Assembly: GCF_044704955.1 (NCBI RefSeq)
Contig: NC_091991.1
Span: 141,484,001-141,548,000 of the forward strand
From: Pristiophorus japonicus
Lineage: Eukaryota
DNA length: 64,000 bases
Direction of reading: 5' to 3'
Shown: piece after piece, positions 35,844-47,434 of the stretch
How the letters are laid out: every line of letters begins with the position of its first letter
How positions within the stretch are numbered: the first letter of the stretch is position 1
The notes under the pieces: generated by a model
The model's database searches: none
What the model was told of the DNA's origin: nothing
Seen by the model: the letters and a program-made list of their open reading frames with translations, nothing else
Program-made: the position numbers and the translations under genes

Positions 35844-37722
35844 GTACATCCTGTGCCCTTGCTACCCTCAGTGCTTCTTCCAAGTGGTGTTCAATATGGA
35901 GGAGTCCTGATTCATCAGCTAAGAGAAGGCAGTAGGTGGTAATCAGTTGCAGGTTTCCTTGCCTATGTTTGACTCCATGAGACTTCATGGGGTCCGTAGT
36001 CAATGTTGAGGACTCCTAGGGCCACTCCCTCCCGACTGTAAACCATGCGCTGCCACCTCTGGCGGATCTGTCTTGCTGGTGGATCAGGACATACCCAGGG
36101 ATGTAATGGATGGGTCTGAGACATTGGCTGATTCATGAATCTGAGAGTATGACTATGTCAGGCTGTTGCTTGACAAGTCTGTGGGACAGCTCTCCCAATT
36201 TTGGCACAAGTCCCCAAATGTTAGTGAGGAGAACTCTGCAGGGTTGACTAGGCTGGGGTGCCGTTTTCATGTTCGAAGCTGGTGCCTAGGTAGATGGTGG
36301 GTGGTCCATCGGTTTTATTGTTCTTATTGCTTTTTGTAGCGGTTTATTACAACTGAGTGGCTTGCTCGGCCATTTCAGAGGGCAGTTAACCACATTGCTG
36401 TCGGTCTGGAGTCACATATAGGATAGACCAGGTAAGGATGGCAGGTATCCTTCCTTAAAAGACATTAGTGAATCAGATGGGTTTTTACGACAATCCGATA
36501 GTTTCACGGTCATCATTACTGATGTTAGCTTTTTATTCCAAATGTATTTAACTGCATTTAAATTCCCCAGCTGCCATGGTGGGATTTGAACTCACGTCTC
36601 CAGATTACTAGCAACATAACCACTACGCTACCATTCCCTATGTGTCCCTTATTCATTAATGAGGGATACATGCTAAAAAAAACTCCAGGTCTGTGAACAT
36701 GTTAACAAAAAAATAATCACAAATTTTAAGGGCCACGTAGCTAGAGCTCAGGTCTTATTTTGGACATCTCAGTCAGGATGACAGAAATATGAAGCCATAA
36801 CTTAAAACGCATTGCTGGTATTCTTCAAGCAACTTTATTCAGCTATGAATCTGCCAGTGCAAGAAGCAAAACAATTCTCACTGTACATCAGGAGGGAGGA
36901 TAATAGCTATTCTATGAAGTGAAATAAGTGCGACCTGGCAACATTCTTTCCCAACTAACACCATCAATAATAAATTAACTAGTTATTTATGTAATTTGCT
37001 GTTTGTGGGACATTGCTGTGTACGAATTTGGCTGCTACATTTGCTCATATAATAGTAATAAATGTACTTCAAAAGTTTGGTTGTGAAGTGCTTTAGTACA
37101 TTCTGAAGACATCAAAGATAGTCCATAAATCAAGTTCTTTCTTTTTGGCACTAAATTGACAATCTCACTCATGGGGGCATCAAAATGCAGCAAGTAGGAA
37201 AATAAGTCGTGTTTGTGTAAGATTGTGCTGAGGTAGAGTAGATGCAACAGTATTCTGCCTTTGATCGTGTTACACCTGATCCAGAATCCTAAAACTGGGA
37301 AATGGAAAAAGATTCCATTTCCCAGCACTAACATCTTTCAGTTTGACGGTCACAAGATACATCAAAAAAACTAAATGGAGTGCATTGTAGGGCTATAATA
37401 CATTAAAGCTATTCCAAACCAACCTCACAAAACATACACATATAGTGCATGTCCTGTGCTCTTTTAGTTGCATTCCAACGCTAAACCCATTTGCTCCTAA
37501 AGACACATGATTCTGGCTTCATTTGGTTTTTAATACTGAACCTAAACACGCACCGTGCTTATAAGTGATCTGATAAGTCCTCCACCAGGAGCGCCTTTCT
37601 GCAAATTATTCTCTGTTTAATATATTTTTTTCAGACTTCTTGTATTCGAGCTAGTACCATCAAAGCAATCGTCATGTTCGAGAAGCTCTGTAAAACCTTT
37701 CAATCCAAAGTGTCCACTTATC

Positions 37723-38964
37723 GGGCCCAAGTTTCCACATGATTTGCGCCTGATTTTTAGGAGCAACTGGTGGAGAACGGACTATCTTAGAAATCGCAAT
37801 TCTCCACATTTTTTTTTCTACAGTTCTAGTCAGGTAGAACAGTTCTACTTTGGAACAGAATTTTTTCTTCAAAAGGGGGCGTGTCCGGTCACTGACGCCT
37901 GATTTGAAAGTTTCCACAGTGAAAACGTACTCCAAACTAAAGTAGAATGGAGCCAGTGAAGATTTTTGTAGAACTGAAAAAACCTGTTCTACACATTAAA
38001 AAATCAGGCGCAGGTTACAAATTAGGTGTTCAGAACGAGGTGGGGGGGGGGGGGAAGGGAACTCATTAAATCCTTATTTATAATTCTACAAATAAATAAA
38101 TCCAACCTGAATAAACATTTATAAGCCAAGAAAAGATTAAATAAACCATCTTCTACCTGTGTGAAAGTGCTTCAGCCAGGGAGAATTCTGCAGCCGTTCG
38201 TGCCGCTGAGCGGGGGGGGGGGGGGGGGGGCAGAAAGCAGTTCGTGTCGCTGAGCGGGGTGGGGNNNNNNNNNNNNNNNNNNNNNNNNNNNNNNNNNNNN
38301 NNNNNNNNNNNNNNNNNNNNNNNNNNNNNNNNNNNNNNNNNNNNNNNNNNNNNNNNNNNNNNNNNNNNNNNNNNNNNNNNNNNNNNNNNNNNNNNNNNNN
38401 NNNNNNNNNNNNNNNNNNNNNNNNNNNNNNNNNNNNNNNNNNNNNNNNNNNNNNNNNNNNNNNNNNNNNNNNNNNNNNNNNNNNNNNNNNNNNNNNNNNN
38501 NNNGATCCAGTCCGGGAGCGGGAGTAGGGTCCAGTGGGGGGGCGGGAGCGAGGGTCGGGTTGGGTCCATTCGGGGAGGGCAGGGAGCGGGAACAGGAGCG
38601 CGGGTCGGGTCAGTCGGGGGGCGGGGGCGGGGGCAGGAGCTGGCCGTGGGAGGAGCCTTATTCACGCAGTCCCAGTGAGGCCATTCAGCCAGGGCTAGGG
38701 GCTGCGTGCTTTGGGCCCCTCCCCACACAGTTCGGCGCCTGGAGCTACTGCACTTGCATGCCCACTGTAGGGCGCATGTGCAGAGGTCCCGGCACTGTTT
38801 TCAGTGCAGGGACCTGGCTCCGCCCCCCCACAGCTCGTGCTGGCTGCGCCGAGGGCCAAAGTACCTGTAAGTAGGTGGAGAATACCGAGGATTTTTTTAG
38901 GCGCGAAAAACGGGCGCCCAGCTTGGAGGGGCGCCCGTTTTTTTTCTTGTGGAAACTTGGATCC
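37723..38964 (+). mobile_element. Family A TIR element containing an assembly gap
   Basis: TIR gggcccaagtttccac / gtggaaacttggatcc with an exact atc TSD. Confidence 0.85.
38265..38503. other. Assembly gap (239 N) in a G-rich tract
   Basis: Run of N. Confidence 1.
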
Positions 38965-39333
38965 ATCATTTTTACATTTTTGTTTTTAAATGCAATGTCC
39001 TCAGGCACAACTAAGTTTTCTTGCTTTGATCTTTAAATGTTATCAAATATTGAAATAGATGTGACCACAAATAACATGACCATGATGCCATCTGTAAGAT
39101 TCAGCAGAGAACCAGGAAAGTTTTTTTTGAAGCACAAAGCTAGGATATTCATTAAATGCCAGAGCCTCACTCAAAATCTTTTTTATTTGTCAATTAAATT
39201 TAAGTTTTCTCCACACTGCTGAGAATTGCAGCACTAAAGACAAAAACTTATCGCAATGTGTTTAGCTCGCCATTCTATTGAAGACAGATACCCATACAAA
39301 AATAAGTAGTTACATACAAGAACATTTTCTTAC

Positions 39334-39456
39334 CAGAGTGTGTTGATTGGTTCATTATCCTAATGAGTCTTTCTGCCAATACATGGCTGTATTGGTTCTT
39401 CTCCTCAGCTTGCTCTGGAGGAACTTGGATCTTTTCCAACAGGTCTGGGTCTATGC
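39334..39456 (-). CDS. CLEC16A: CLEC16A internal coding exon
   Basis: GIDPDLLEKIQVPPEQAEEKNQYSHVLAERLIRIMNQSTHS. ttcag acceptor, GTAAG donor. 123 nt, phase 1 to 1. Confidence 0.95.
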
Positions 39457-39462
39457 CTGAAG

Positions 39463-40697
39463 GAGGATGTAACAAACAGGGTGGATAAAAGGGAACCAGT
39501 GGATGTGGTTTATTTGGACTTCCAGAAGGCATTTGACAAGGTGCCACATAAAAGGTTACTGCACAAGGTAAAAGTTCACAGGGTTGGGGGTAATATATTA
39601 GCATGGATAGAGGATTGGCTAACTAACAGAAAACAGAGAGTCGGGATAAATGGTTCATACTCTGGTTGGCAACCAGTAACTAGTGGGTGCCGCAGGGATA
39701 AGTGCTGGGACCCCAGTTATTTACAATCTATATTAACAACTTGGAAGAAGGGACGGAGTGTAACGTAGCCAAGTTTGCTGACGATACAAAGGTGGGAGGA
39801 AAAGCAATGTGTGAGGAGGACACAAAAAATCTGCAAAAGGACATAGACAGGCTAAGTGAGTGGGCAAAAATTTGGCAGATGGAGTATAATGTTGGAAAGT
39901 GTGAGGTCATGCATTTTGGCAGAAAAAAAAAATCAAAAATAAGCTATTATTTAAATGGAGAACGATTGCAAAGTGCCGCAGTACAGCGGGACCTGGGGGT
40001 ACTTGTGCATGAAACACAAAAGGATGGTATGCAGGTACAGCAAGTGATCAGGAAGGCCAATGGTATCTTGACCTTTATTGCAAAGGGGATGGAGTATGAA
40101 AGCAGGGAAGTCTTGCTACAGCTATATAAGGTATTGGTGAGACCACACCTGAAATACTGAGTGCAGTTTTGCTTTCCATTTTTACGAAAGGATATACTTG
40201 CTTTGGAGGCAGTTCAGAGAAGGTTCACTCGGTTGATTCCGGGGATGAGGGGGTTGACTTATGAGGAAAGGTTGAGTAGGTTGGGCCTCTACTCATTGCA
40301 ATTCAGAAGAATGAGAGGTGATCTTATCGAAACGTATAAGATTATGAGGGGGCTTGACAAGGTGGATGCAGAGAGGATGTTTCCACTGATGGGGGGAGAG
40401 GAAAACTAGAGGGCATGATCTTAGAATAAGGGGCCGCCCATTTAAAACAGAGATGAGGAGAAATTTCTTCTGAGGGTAGTAAATCTGTGGAATTCGCTGC
40501 CTCAGAGAGTTGTGGAAGCTGGGACATTGAATAAATTTAAGACAGAAATAGACAGTTTCTTAAACGATTAGGGAATAAGGGGTTATGGGGAGCGGGCGGG
40601 GAAGTGGAGCTGAGTCCATGATCAGCCATGATCTTATTGAATGGCGGAGCAGGCTCGAGAGGCCGGATGGCCTACTCCTATTTCTTATGTTCTTATG
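39463..40697 (+). mobile_element. 5'-truncated CR1 abutting a CLEC16A splice acceptor
   Basis: VDVVYLDFQKAFDKVPH and KFADD motifs. 3' tail ttcttatgttcttatg. Closely similar to 48740-49974. Confidence 0.93.
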
Positions 40698-41366
40698 AGA
40701 TTAAATTACAAAAAGTGCTTTGAACAATCACAGAACTTGCTCGTCCTTACCCAATATGGTGGAAGGCACACTTCTGGTTGGAAGTATGCGTATGCTTCCT
40801 GTCTGCAATTTTAGGGCCTTTGGAAACCACATAGCACCTAAAAAATGGTCACTATCTGGCCCAATTTAACCCCCAATATGATCACTGATTGTTAATTAAC
40901 TACACCTTACATTACATACAATCTTTAAGGTCTACAAGTCCAAAACTACAACCAGAGTTTTGGATCTCATTCCATACACCCAATGTGGAAAAACTACAAA
41001 TGTTCTCTGCCGTAGTCATTTTAGCAACTGGGAAAATTATTCCACAACAGTTTCCCACCTATGTAGGTCAAAGCCATCCTTGGATAACAGCAGATACCCC
41101 TTTATATGTTCTGATTAAAAGTGGAAATCTGAAAGAAATGGCTTTTTGAAGCAGTCATGGAGAAAACAACCATTTGGATCAGACAATACATGTAGTGAAC
41201 CAGTCTTGGTTGAAAGAAACTGCATGCAGGTAAGCGGTCCCATCATTGGAAACAAGTAGGAGGGAAAATAAAGTGCGTACCAAATTCTCAAGCACCGAAG
41301 AGATAAAGTTTTCTTAGCAGCTTTTATCATCAACTCAAGACCAAATATTAACAAACAAAAACTAAC

Positions 41367-41467
41367 CTTTGTTGTGAGACATTGCAAAAAGAAGACATAA
41401 CACGAACAGTGCATAATAATCCTCTTCATAACATTCCAGTGCGTTGTACACCATATCTAAGAAAGGT
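41367..41467 (-). CDS. CLEC16A: CLEC16A internal coding exon
   Basis: RPFLDMVYNALECYEEDYYALFVLCLLFAMSHNK(G). tacag acceptor, GTTAGT donor. 101 nt, phase 2 to 1. Confidence 0.96.
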
Positions 41468-43010
41468 CTGTAAAGTTGAAAACGGGAAAAAAAAATTAAG
41501 ATATAAAGCAAGTTGGTTATGCAAGTTATTGCAGTGGAGAAATTCCAGTTCAGATTTCTCAACCAGTACTTGGGTACAAAATGTATCATAATTTCAATGA
41601 TCAAGAATGGCAATATATCCAACATTATACAAAGACATGTTCTAGAGTTTACGGAGCAGTCAGTTGGTTCGGACATATTGTCATGATAAAAATAAAATGC
41701 TGCTTGTAGGTTAGTGAATTCTAAAAGATATATTTAAAAACCACCACAGCAACTTTCAGTGTATTTCACATTATTACTTCTCTGTGAATAAGACCAAATG
41801 AATTTTATACTACACATACAAGAAAGAAAAACAATTTTCTGACCTCCAGGGAGACTCCAGGTCAGGCCAACAAGTGCCATGGCTTCAGATCACTTTAAGA
41901 GTCCTGGAAAACCAGGCTCTTGATTGGGAACAAAAAACAATGCTGCAAAAAAATCTACTAGACAGTCAACATCTGTTTAGAGAACAGACATGTTCAGCAT
42001 TTTCTTTAATGTTTCAGATTTCCAACATTTGCAGTTTGTTGTTTTTTTTATTTATACTGTCTGGGAGTGCAAGGCATCCAGTAGGTAGAAAACTGAAGTT
42101 TGAAAATGAACATTCACCGGTATTTTGCTAAGCATTTATATTTTCACCATAAATGGCGCTTTGATCAAGAAATGTTCCCCTAGACTCTCCATCCCTTTTA
42201 AGTTCCTCTATTACATTTACTTTAAACATTGCTTAATCAGAGAATGCTTCATTATTAAATGTTTTATGATTCTGGCTCCTTCAGTAGCTTTTCATTTACA
42301 TAAACAGCATTGTTTATTGGTTCTCAATAATGAGAAACCATATTAAAAACCATTGCTATAAACACACAATCGATGAATAAGCATATATTGAGTTTTAGGA
42401 AAATAGTGAACCAAGCCCAAATGTAAATGATAGATTAGAGCCATAAACAATTCCGATCTGCTCCAAGCAAAAATGTTAACAGAGTCATGCAGAATCATTC
42501 AACAATTTAGATGTGATACTTTGAGTTTATCAAAACATGATTACTAATCACATTAGTGTTAGCCGTTTTACAGCGAACCAGCATGATTTAACCAACTCAG
42601 CACTAGAAATTTATACAAAAAAAACTCTTCCAAGTCACACGATATAACATACATCAATAAAAACTTTTCAGGCCACTTAGTTTATAAATGCTCCAAAATC
42701 GAACATATAAATTTGCTTTGTGGACTGGAGGGGTAAGGGTACTTTACTGCAGCCTCGACTAATAACCAACACATTATGAAATTTTGAAAATATATTTTGA
42801 GAAATCCTGAATGGTACACTGGAGAAAAAAGTACCACTGCGACAGGATTGGGCCTCAAAAGGGAATACAATATTTCTCTTTAAAATGTCTACATCCAAAT
42901 GTTTTTGATCTTTTTCCTACATTCATGGCTTTTTTGGATGACATTTTCTCCCTTTTAACATCTTACAAAAATCATCAAACTTCACTCCACAAATACAAAA
43001 TTAAGCTTAC

Positions 43011-43137
43011 CTTCTTTGTGGATGGTCAACCCTTGCAGCAGCAGCTGTTTTCTCCTCATCAGTGGTATTTTGTTCAGTCAAGCCTAAAAGTTGGGGGCCC
43101 GATATCTTGCATCGCTCCATAATAACCATCTCAATTT
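43011..43137 (-). CDS. CLEC16A: CLEC16A internal coding exon
   Basis: (E)IEMVIMERCKISGPQLLGLTEQNTTDEEKTAAAARVDHPQR. ttaag acceptor, GTAAGC donor. 127 nt, phase 1 to 2, in frame with the neighbouring exons. Confidence 0.95.
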
Positions 43138-43937
43138 CTTAAAATGGGGAAAAAATGTTAAAAACTTTACTGAGACTAATTACTTTGTGCCAAAAGTTTC
43201 AATTATAAACAAACCATAATTTATTTGGTCACAATACATTTTCCAATTTTCAATATTATGAAGGAAAAAAAATCAACATTTTTGAAGTACAGCTCATAAT
43301 ATTAAATACACAACTTGAATTTGATAGCAATGCACTGAAAGGAACAGTTGGTAACATGAATTAATCATGAAAGCTCAGCTTCAGTGCTCATTAACATTCC
43401 CGACAATGAAAATGCTTATGAGCAAATAGATCTTTGTTCGAACGTTTAGTTTTAAATGTTTGGAGACCAAGCAAGTTAAAGTAATTCTCTGCATGTCTCG
43501 AGGGAGCTTTTCAAATGCACTGTCTCATTGCATAGTACTGTCAGAAATTTGTGCCAATAATAAAGTTCCATACAGTTTATTAAATAACCATGCATCAAGG
43601 GGGATTCTAGACTGCGGTGTATAAATTCTTTGAAGAGGCTCTGTTTTAAGAATTTTCTAATCGGCCAAATACAAGGCTTATTTTGCATCACTGTAAAGCA
43701 ACTTCCATTTTGCAGTGCAGGTACTAGTATTTAAAAAAGAACAAAAGTTCCAACCCTGACATGAACAAATATGTTGACAACGAGAGCACTGTTGTCACAT
43801 GATGGAAGGACTTTGGCCTGGCTGAGGGTGAACACCAATTATCTGGTGACTCCTCTCATCTCCCTCTGGACTACGACTCCACGACTGAACATCAAGCTGT
43901 CAATTACCAGGCTGTTACTGATTTTGTCTCTTTTTCG

Positions 43938-44474
43938 GGTTGCCAATTCTAGTTAGACATACTCCTTGGGGTTTGATCACATGGCACTAGATCGCAGCAG
44001 CTTGCAAATGTTACTGCACTTACCTTCAAAGGGTTGGGCCCCCTATAGTTCAGCGTCTTTTTTCAGTTTCATTCTTCTTAAACTGGTACTTAAGTTGGCT
44101 TCTTGCTGCTTTCAGCAACTCTGAAGATTTTTTGATTTGACGATAAAAATCAACGCAAGACACACTGTAGTTCAGCTGCACCTGTAACTCTGCTTTCACA
44201 AGATTTTCACTTAATTGGAGCTTTTCTTTGCTCCAAAGCAAAGTCATTAAGCTGAAAACCACAAGCTGCATTTCCAGCAGTGGGGTGACCAGCCACAAGG
44301 AAATTCCAGCATGGTATGAATTGCCGATTGTCTGAAACCGAAGATGGGCATCATCTCAAATGCCTGGGAAATAGCCAGGATGGTGCAGGGTGGGAATTGA
44401 GATTCAGGACATGACCTGCGCATACAAGGAACTTTTCTCCGGGGTCGCCAATTACAGAAGGGTTGCTAACCCTA
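43938..44474. mobile_element. Possible hAT-type MITE with gggttgcca ends
   Basis: gggttgccaa ... ttgctaacccta imperfect TIR. It splits Penelope-like sequence. Confidence 0.35.
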
Positions 44475-44519
44475 TTTCTTTCAGAAATCTCCCAACCCTT
44501 CAGCTTACTGGACTAATTC

Positions 44520-45728
44520 CTCTCATCTGTACACTGTACCCCCGCCACCCCATTCAGTGCCTACCCACATATCTACATCTGGGACTCCTCTGATACTGTA
44601 ACAATTTTACATTCTAAGGGCCCAACTGTCTCCTTTTCACTGTGGTTATACAGTCTTAAATCTTGATCCTTTGCTAGGATCACTCAACTTCTTTCTTCAC
44701 AGGCAAGCCAACCACTCTCCATTCACTGCCACATGCTTCAAGCCTGACTGAACTTGCTCTCACCTTGAACAACTTTTCGTTTAACTCCATTCACTTCCTC
44801 CAGCTCAATATAGTTTCAAAGAGAATTCATATGGGTACCAGTTATGACAATCTTTTTCTGGAACATGTGGAACACCCTGGATTTCATTCCAACGAGTCCT
44901 CACCCGGATCTCTTCCTTCATGTCAGTGCTACTATCTGCTTTTTGCCTTGACCCTGAGAATTTCATTAACCATATGCTTTCTATTTTTATCCATGATTCA
45001 TCCTTTATGTGCACCATCTCTGATTCTTCCTTTCCCTTGTTGGCAGTTTTCTACCTCCAATTCTATCTCTAGCAATGGGCTTTTCACAGACATCTATTAG
45101 AAGGCCACTGACTCCCACAACAACCTGGATTATGCTTCTTCCCACCTACATCCTGTAAAGACTACAACCCTTTCTCCCAGTTTCACCATCTCCATCATTA
45201 GTTGTGCAGACTCTACTTTTCATAACTAAGTTTATGAAATGTCCTCCTTTTTCCTCAGCTGATGTTTACCTAACACTCAACAGGACCCTTGACCATGTTT
45301 TCCCTATTTCCCAGGTTCTTGCTCTTGCCCCACCTTCACTTGTTCTCATCTTCCATCCCATTAGCCCCCACATTCACCAGCTTATCTTCCACCATCTACA
45401 ATAGGATCCGATCGACATGCACATATCCCCATCCGTTCTCTAGTTTCTGGACCATAATCTCCAGGACACATTGGTCACTCTTCCAACACCCCTTCTTTCA
45501 GCAGTCTTTCCCCACCACCTTCCTGTGCAGTCGCAACACGTGTCAATTTACCTCCTGCAGCACTGTCCAGGGTCCCAAACATTATGTAAAACGCAGTTTA
45601 CATTCACTTCCTCTAATCTAATATACTGTATTCACTGCATGCTGTTTGGTCTCCTCTACACTGGAGATATCAAAAGTAGATTACGTAACCGCTTTGCCGA
45701 ACACCTCCATTCAGTACGAAACCGTGGC
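44520..45728 (+). mobile_element. Penelope-like element remnant (RT + GIY-YIG endonuclease)
   Basis: TLNNFSFNSIHFLQL..MGTSY (RT) and SSNLIYCIHC..LLYTGD..RLRNRFAEHL (GIY-YIG). A related piece lies near 43770-43935. Confidence 0.75.
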
Positions 45729-45749
45729 GACACATGGAAGCTGACAACA

Positions 45750-46320
45750 CACCTTTCTCTTTTCTCAATCCACCCTGTGCCTCTGTGTTGTCAGATTGCT
45801 TGACCTATATCCAGCCCAGACTGAGCAAGAATTTCCTAGAGTTAAACATTGGAATGACTGAAGCCATTGTCTTCAGCCCCTGCCACAAATGCCATACACT
45901 CACTGCTGATTTCAGCGCACTCCCCAGCCATTGTCTCAGGCTATTCACCATTTCTGTGTCCTATTCAAATCCGAGCTGTGTTTCCGATCCCACATGTTCT
46001 CAAGGACGGACTGCCTCCACTTCCATTTCACCTGCCTCCACCCCGGTTCAGTCCACCAGCTGCTAAAGCCTTCATCCATGCCTTTGCCACCTCCAAACTT
46101 GATTAATCCAATGTCTCCTGGCCAGCCTCAATCAACCACGGCTCATCCAAAACCTTGCTGTCCATATCCTATCAGACACCAAGTCCCGCTCAGCCATCAT
46201 CCATCCTTGCTGGCCTACATTGGCTCACAGTTCCCCATTGCCTCAATTTAATATTCTCACCTTAGTGTGTAAATCCCTTCAAGACCTTGCCCCTTTCTAC
46301 CTCTGTAACCTTCTCTTGGT
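45750..46320 (+). mobile_element. L2 LINE RT remnant (small piece also at about 7550-7660)
   Basis: NFLELNIGMTEAIVF and IHAFATSKLD motifs, typical of L2 ORF2. Confidence 0.7.
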
Positions 46321-46462
46321 GAAAACCAAGTCAACTTGTTAATTTTAGTATTCATAAATGGGTGGCCTTTATTTTACATATATTCTTGTACCCATCCATT
46401 TCTCATTTTTTTGAAAAGCAAGATGATATGGAAGATGTACCAGTTTGAAATTTGGAACATGG

Positions 46463-47191
46463 GGGCCGAAATTACCTTGTGCCCCGTTTGGGGGCGGTAA
46501 CCAAGTCGGGTCAGGACATCCTGTGCCCAGCGCCAAAGTCTTGACCCGATCGCGAAATTAGGGTTACCGCCCCTCACTGGAAGTGGAGCGCGATGTCACA
46601 TGCTCCACTTCCTGTTGAGGCAATGTCCGGGGTGCTACATGTAACTGACATGTTTCAACGCTCCTCCTCTTCCGTTAAAAGGGAGGGACGCCACGACTCT
46701 GCAGGCTGTTTGATGGCCTCCACTGGGTGCCATGGCAGCAGTCCGGCACCAAGACGGAGTACCAGGCTGCACAATCGCAGCCTGGACCACGTGACATCGA
46801 TGAGTGTGGGCTGACTGGTGAGTTAGCCGAAGAAATAAAATGGCATCGCGCAGCGCAGCGCAGCTCCTTTAATCTCCGCCCCGGGAACAGAGCAGTTTAC
46901 AACTTGCGAGGCTTGCGCTAGCATCATCCGCAGCGGCTTCATGGGGCGCTGGCCAATTTCCGCCACAGGGTGGAAAGGGGTCACTGCCCACGGCGATGAT
47001 GTCATTGCCGGAGATGTGGCAATATGGGGAGCTACTAGCGGGGCGCAGTGCTGCCGTGTTTGCGCCTCCGCCAACTCCCGCGCATTTTCGAGAGAGCTGG
47101 TTGTGACCCACCCCAGGCGAAAACAGGCTCGTTTCGTTAGCGTCCCCGGAGGCACTAACGGGAAGCACACAACAGGGGAATTTCACCCCCC
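46463..47191. mobile_element. GC-rich TIR element (third family)
   Basis: gggccgaaatt ... aatttcacccccc termini with tgg flanks. CpG-rich. Internal hairpin ggaagtggagc / gctccacttcc. Confidence 0.6.
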
Positions 47192-47434
47192 TGGTGCATA
47201 GCACTACTGAGGGGTTCATAATAAATAGCTTAGCAGTCCAGAGGACAGTCCTGGGAACTGGCAGCAGTGAGATGGAGATACATCTTCTATATCATGCTGT
47301 TGTGTATCCCATGCCTTAAAAAAGATAAGAGATAAAAATTAAATATCTTGGTGGAGGAACAAATAAACAGGCTCATTGTTTGTGAATATAATAATCAAAG
47401 TCAGACTTAGATTTCACAGAAAACTTAACTGTTG

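Larger units (their letters stand above)
32869..36638 (-). mobile_element. Full-length-appearing ORF1-less CR1-group LINE with a tRNA-derived 5' head; degenerate, with two nested inserts
   Basis: A box at 36630-36620 and B box at 36591-36582. ATG at 36270 opens MKTAPQPSQPCRVLLTNIWGL..PDIVIL (APE start). Then LDLVLTN, GPDSIP, GVPQGNVL and FAADC (RT). 3' tail gccagcgacacccacatcccatgaatgaataaaa. Confidence 0.85.

Noticed and set aside
36575-36638. tRNA gene candidates here and at about 15990-16060 and 23270-23330
   Set aside because: Only the A/B boxes are retained, with no complete cloverleaf. They are retroposon heads.
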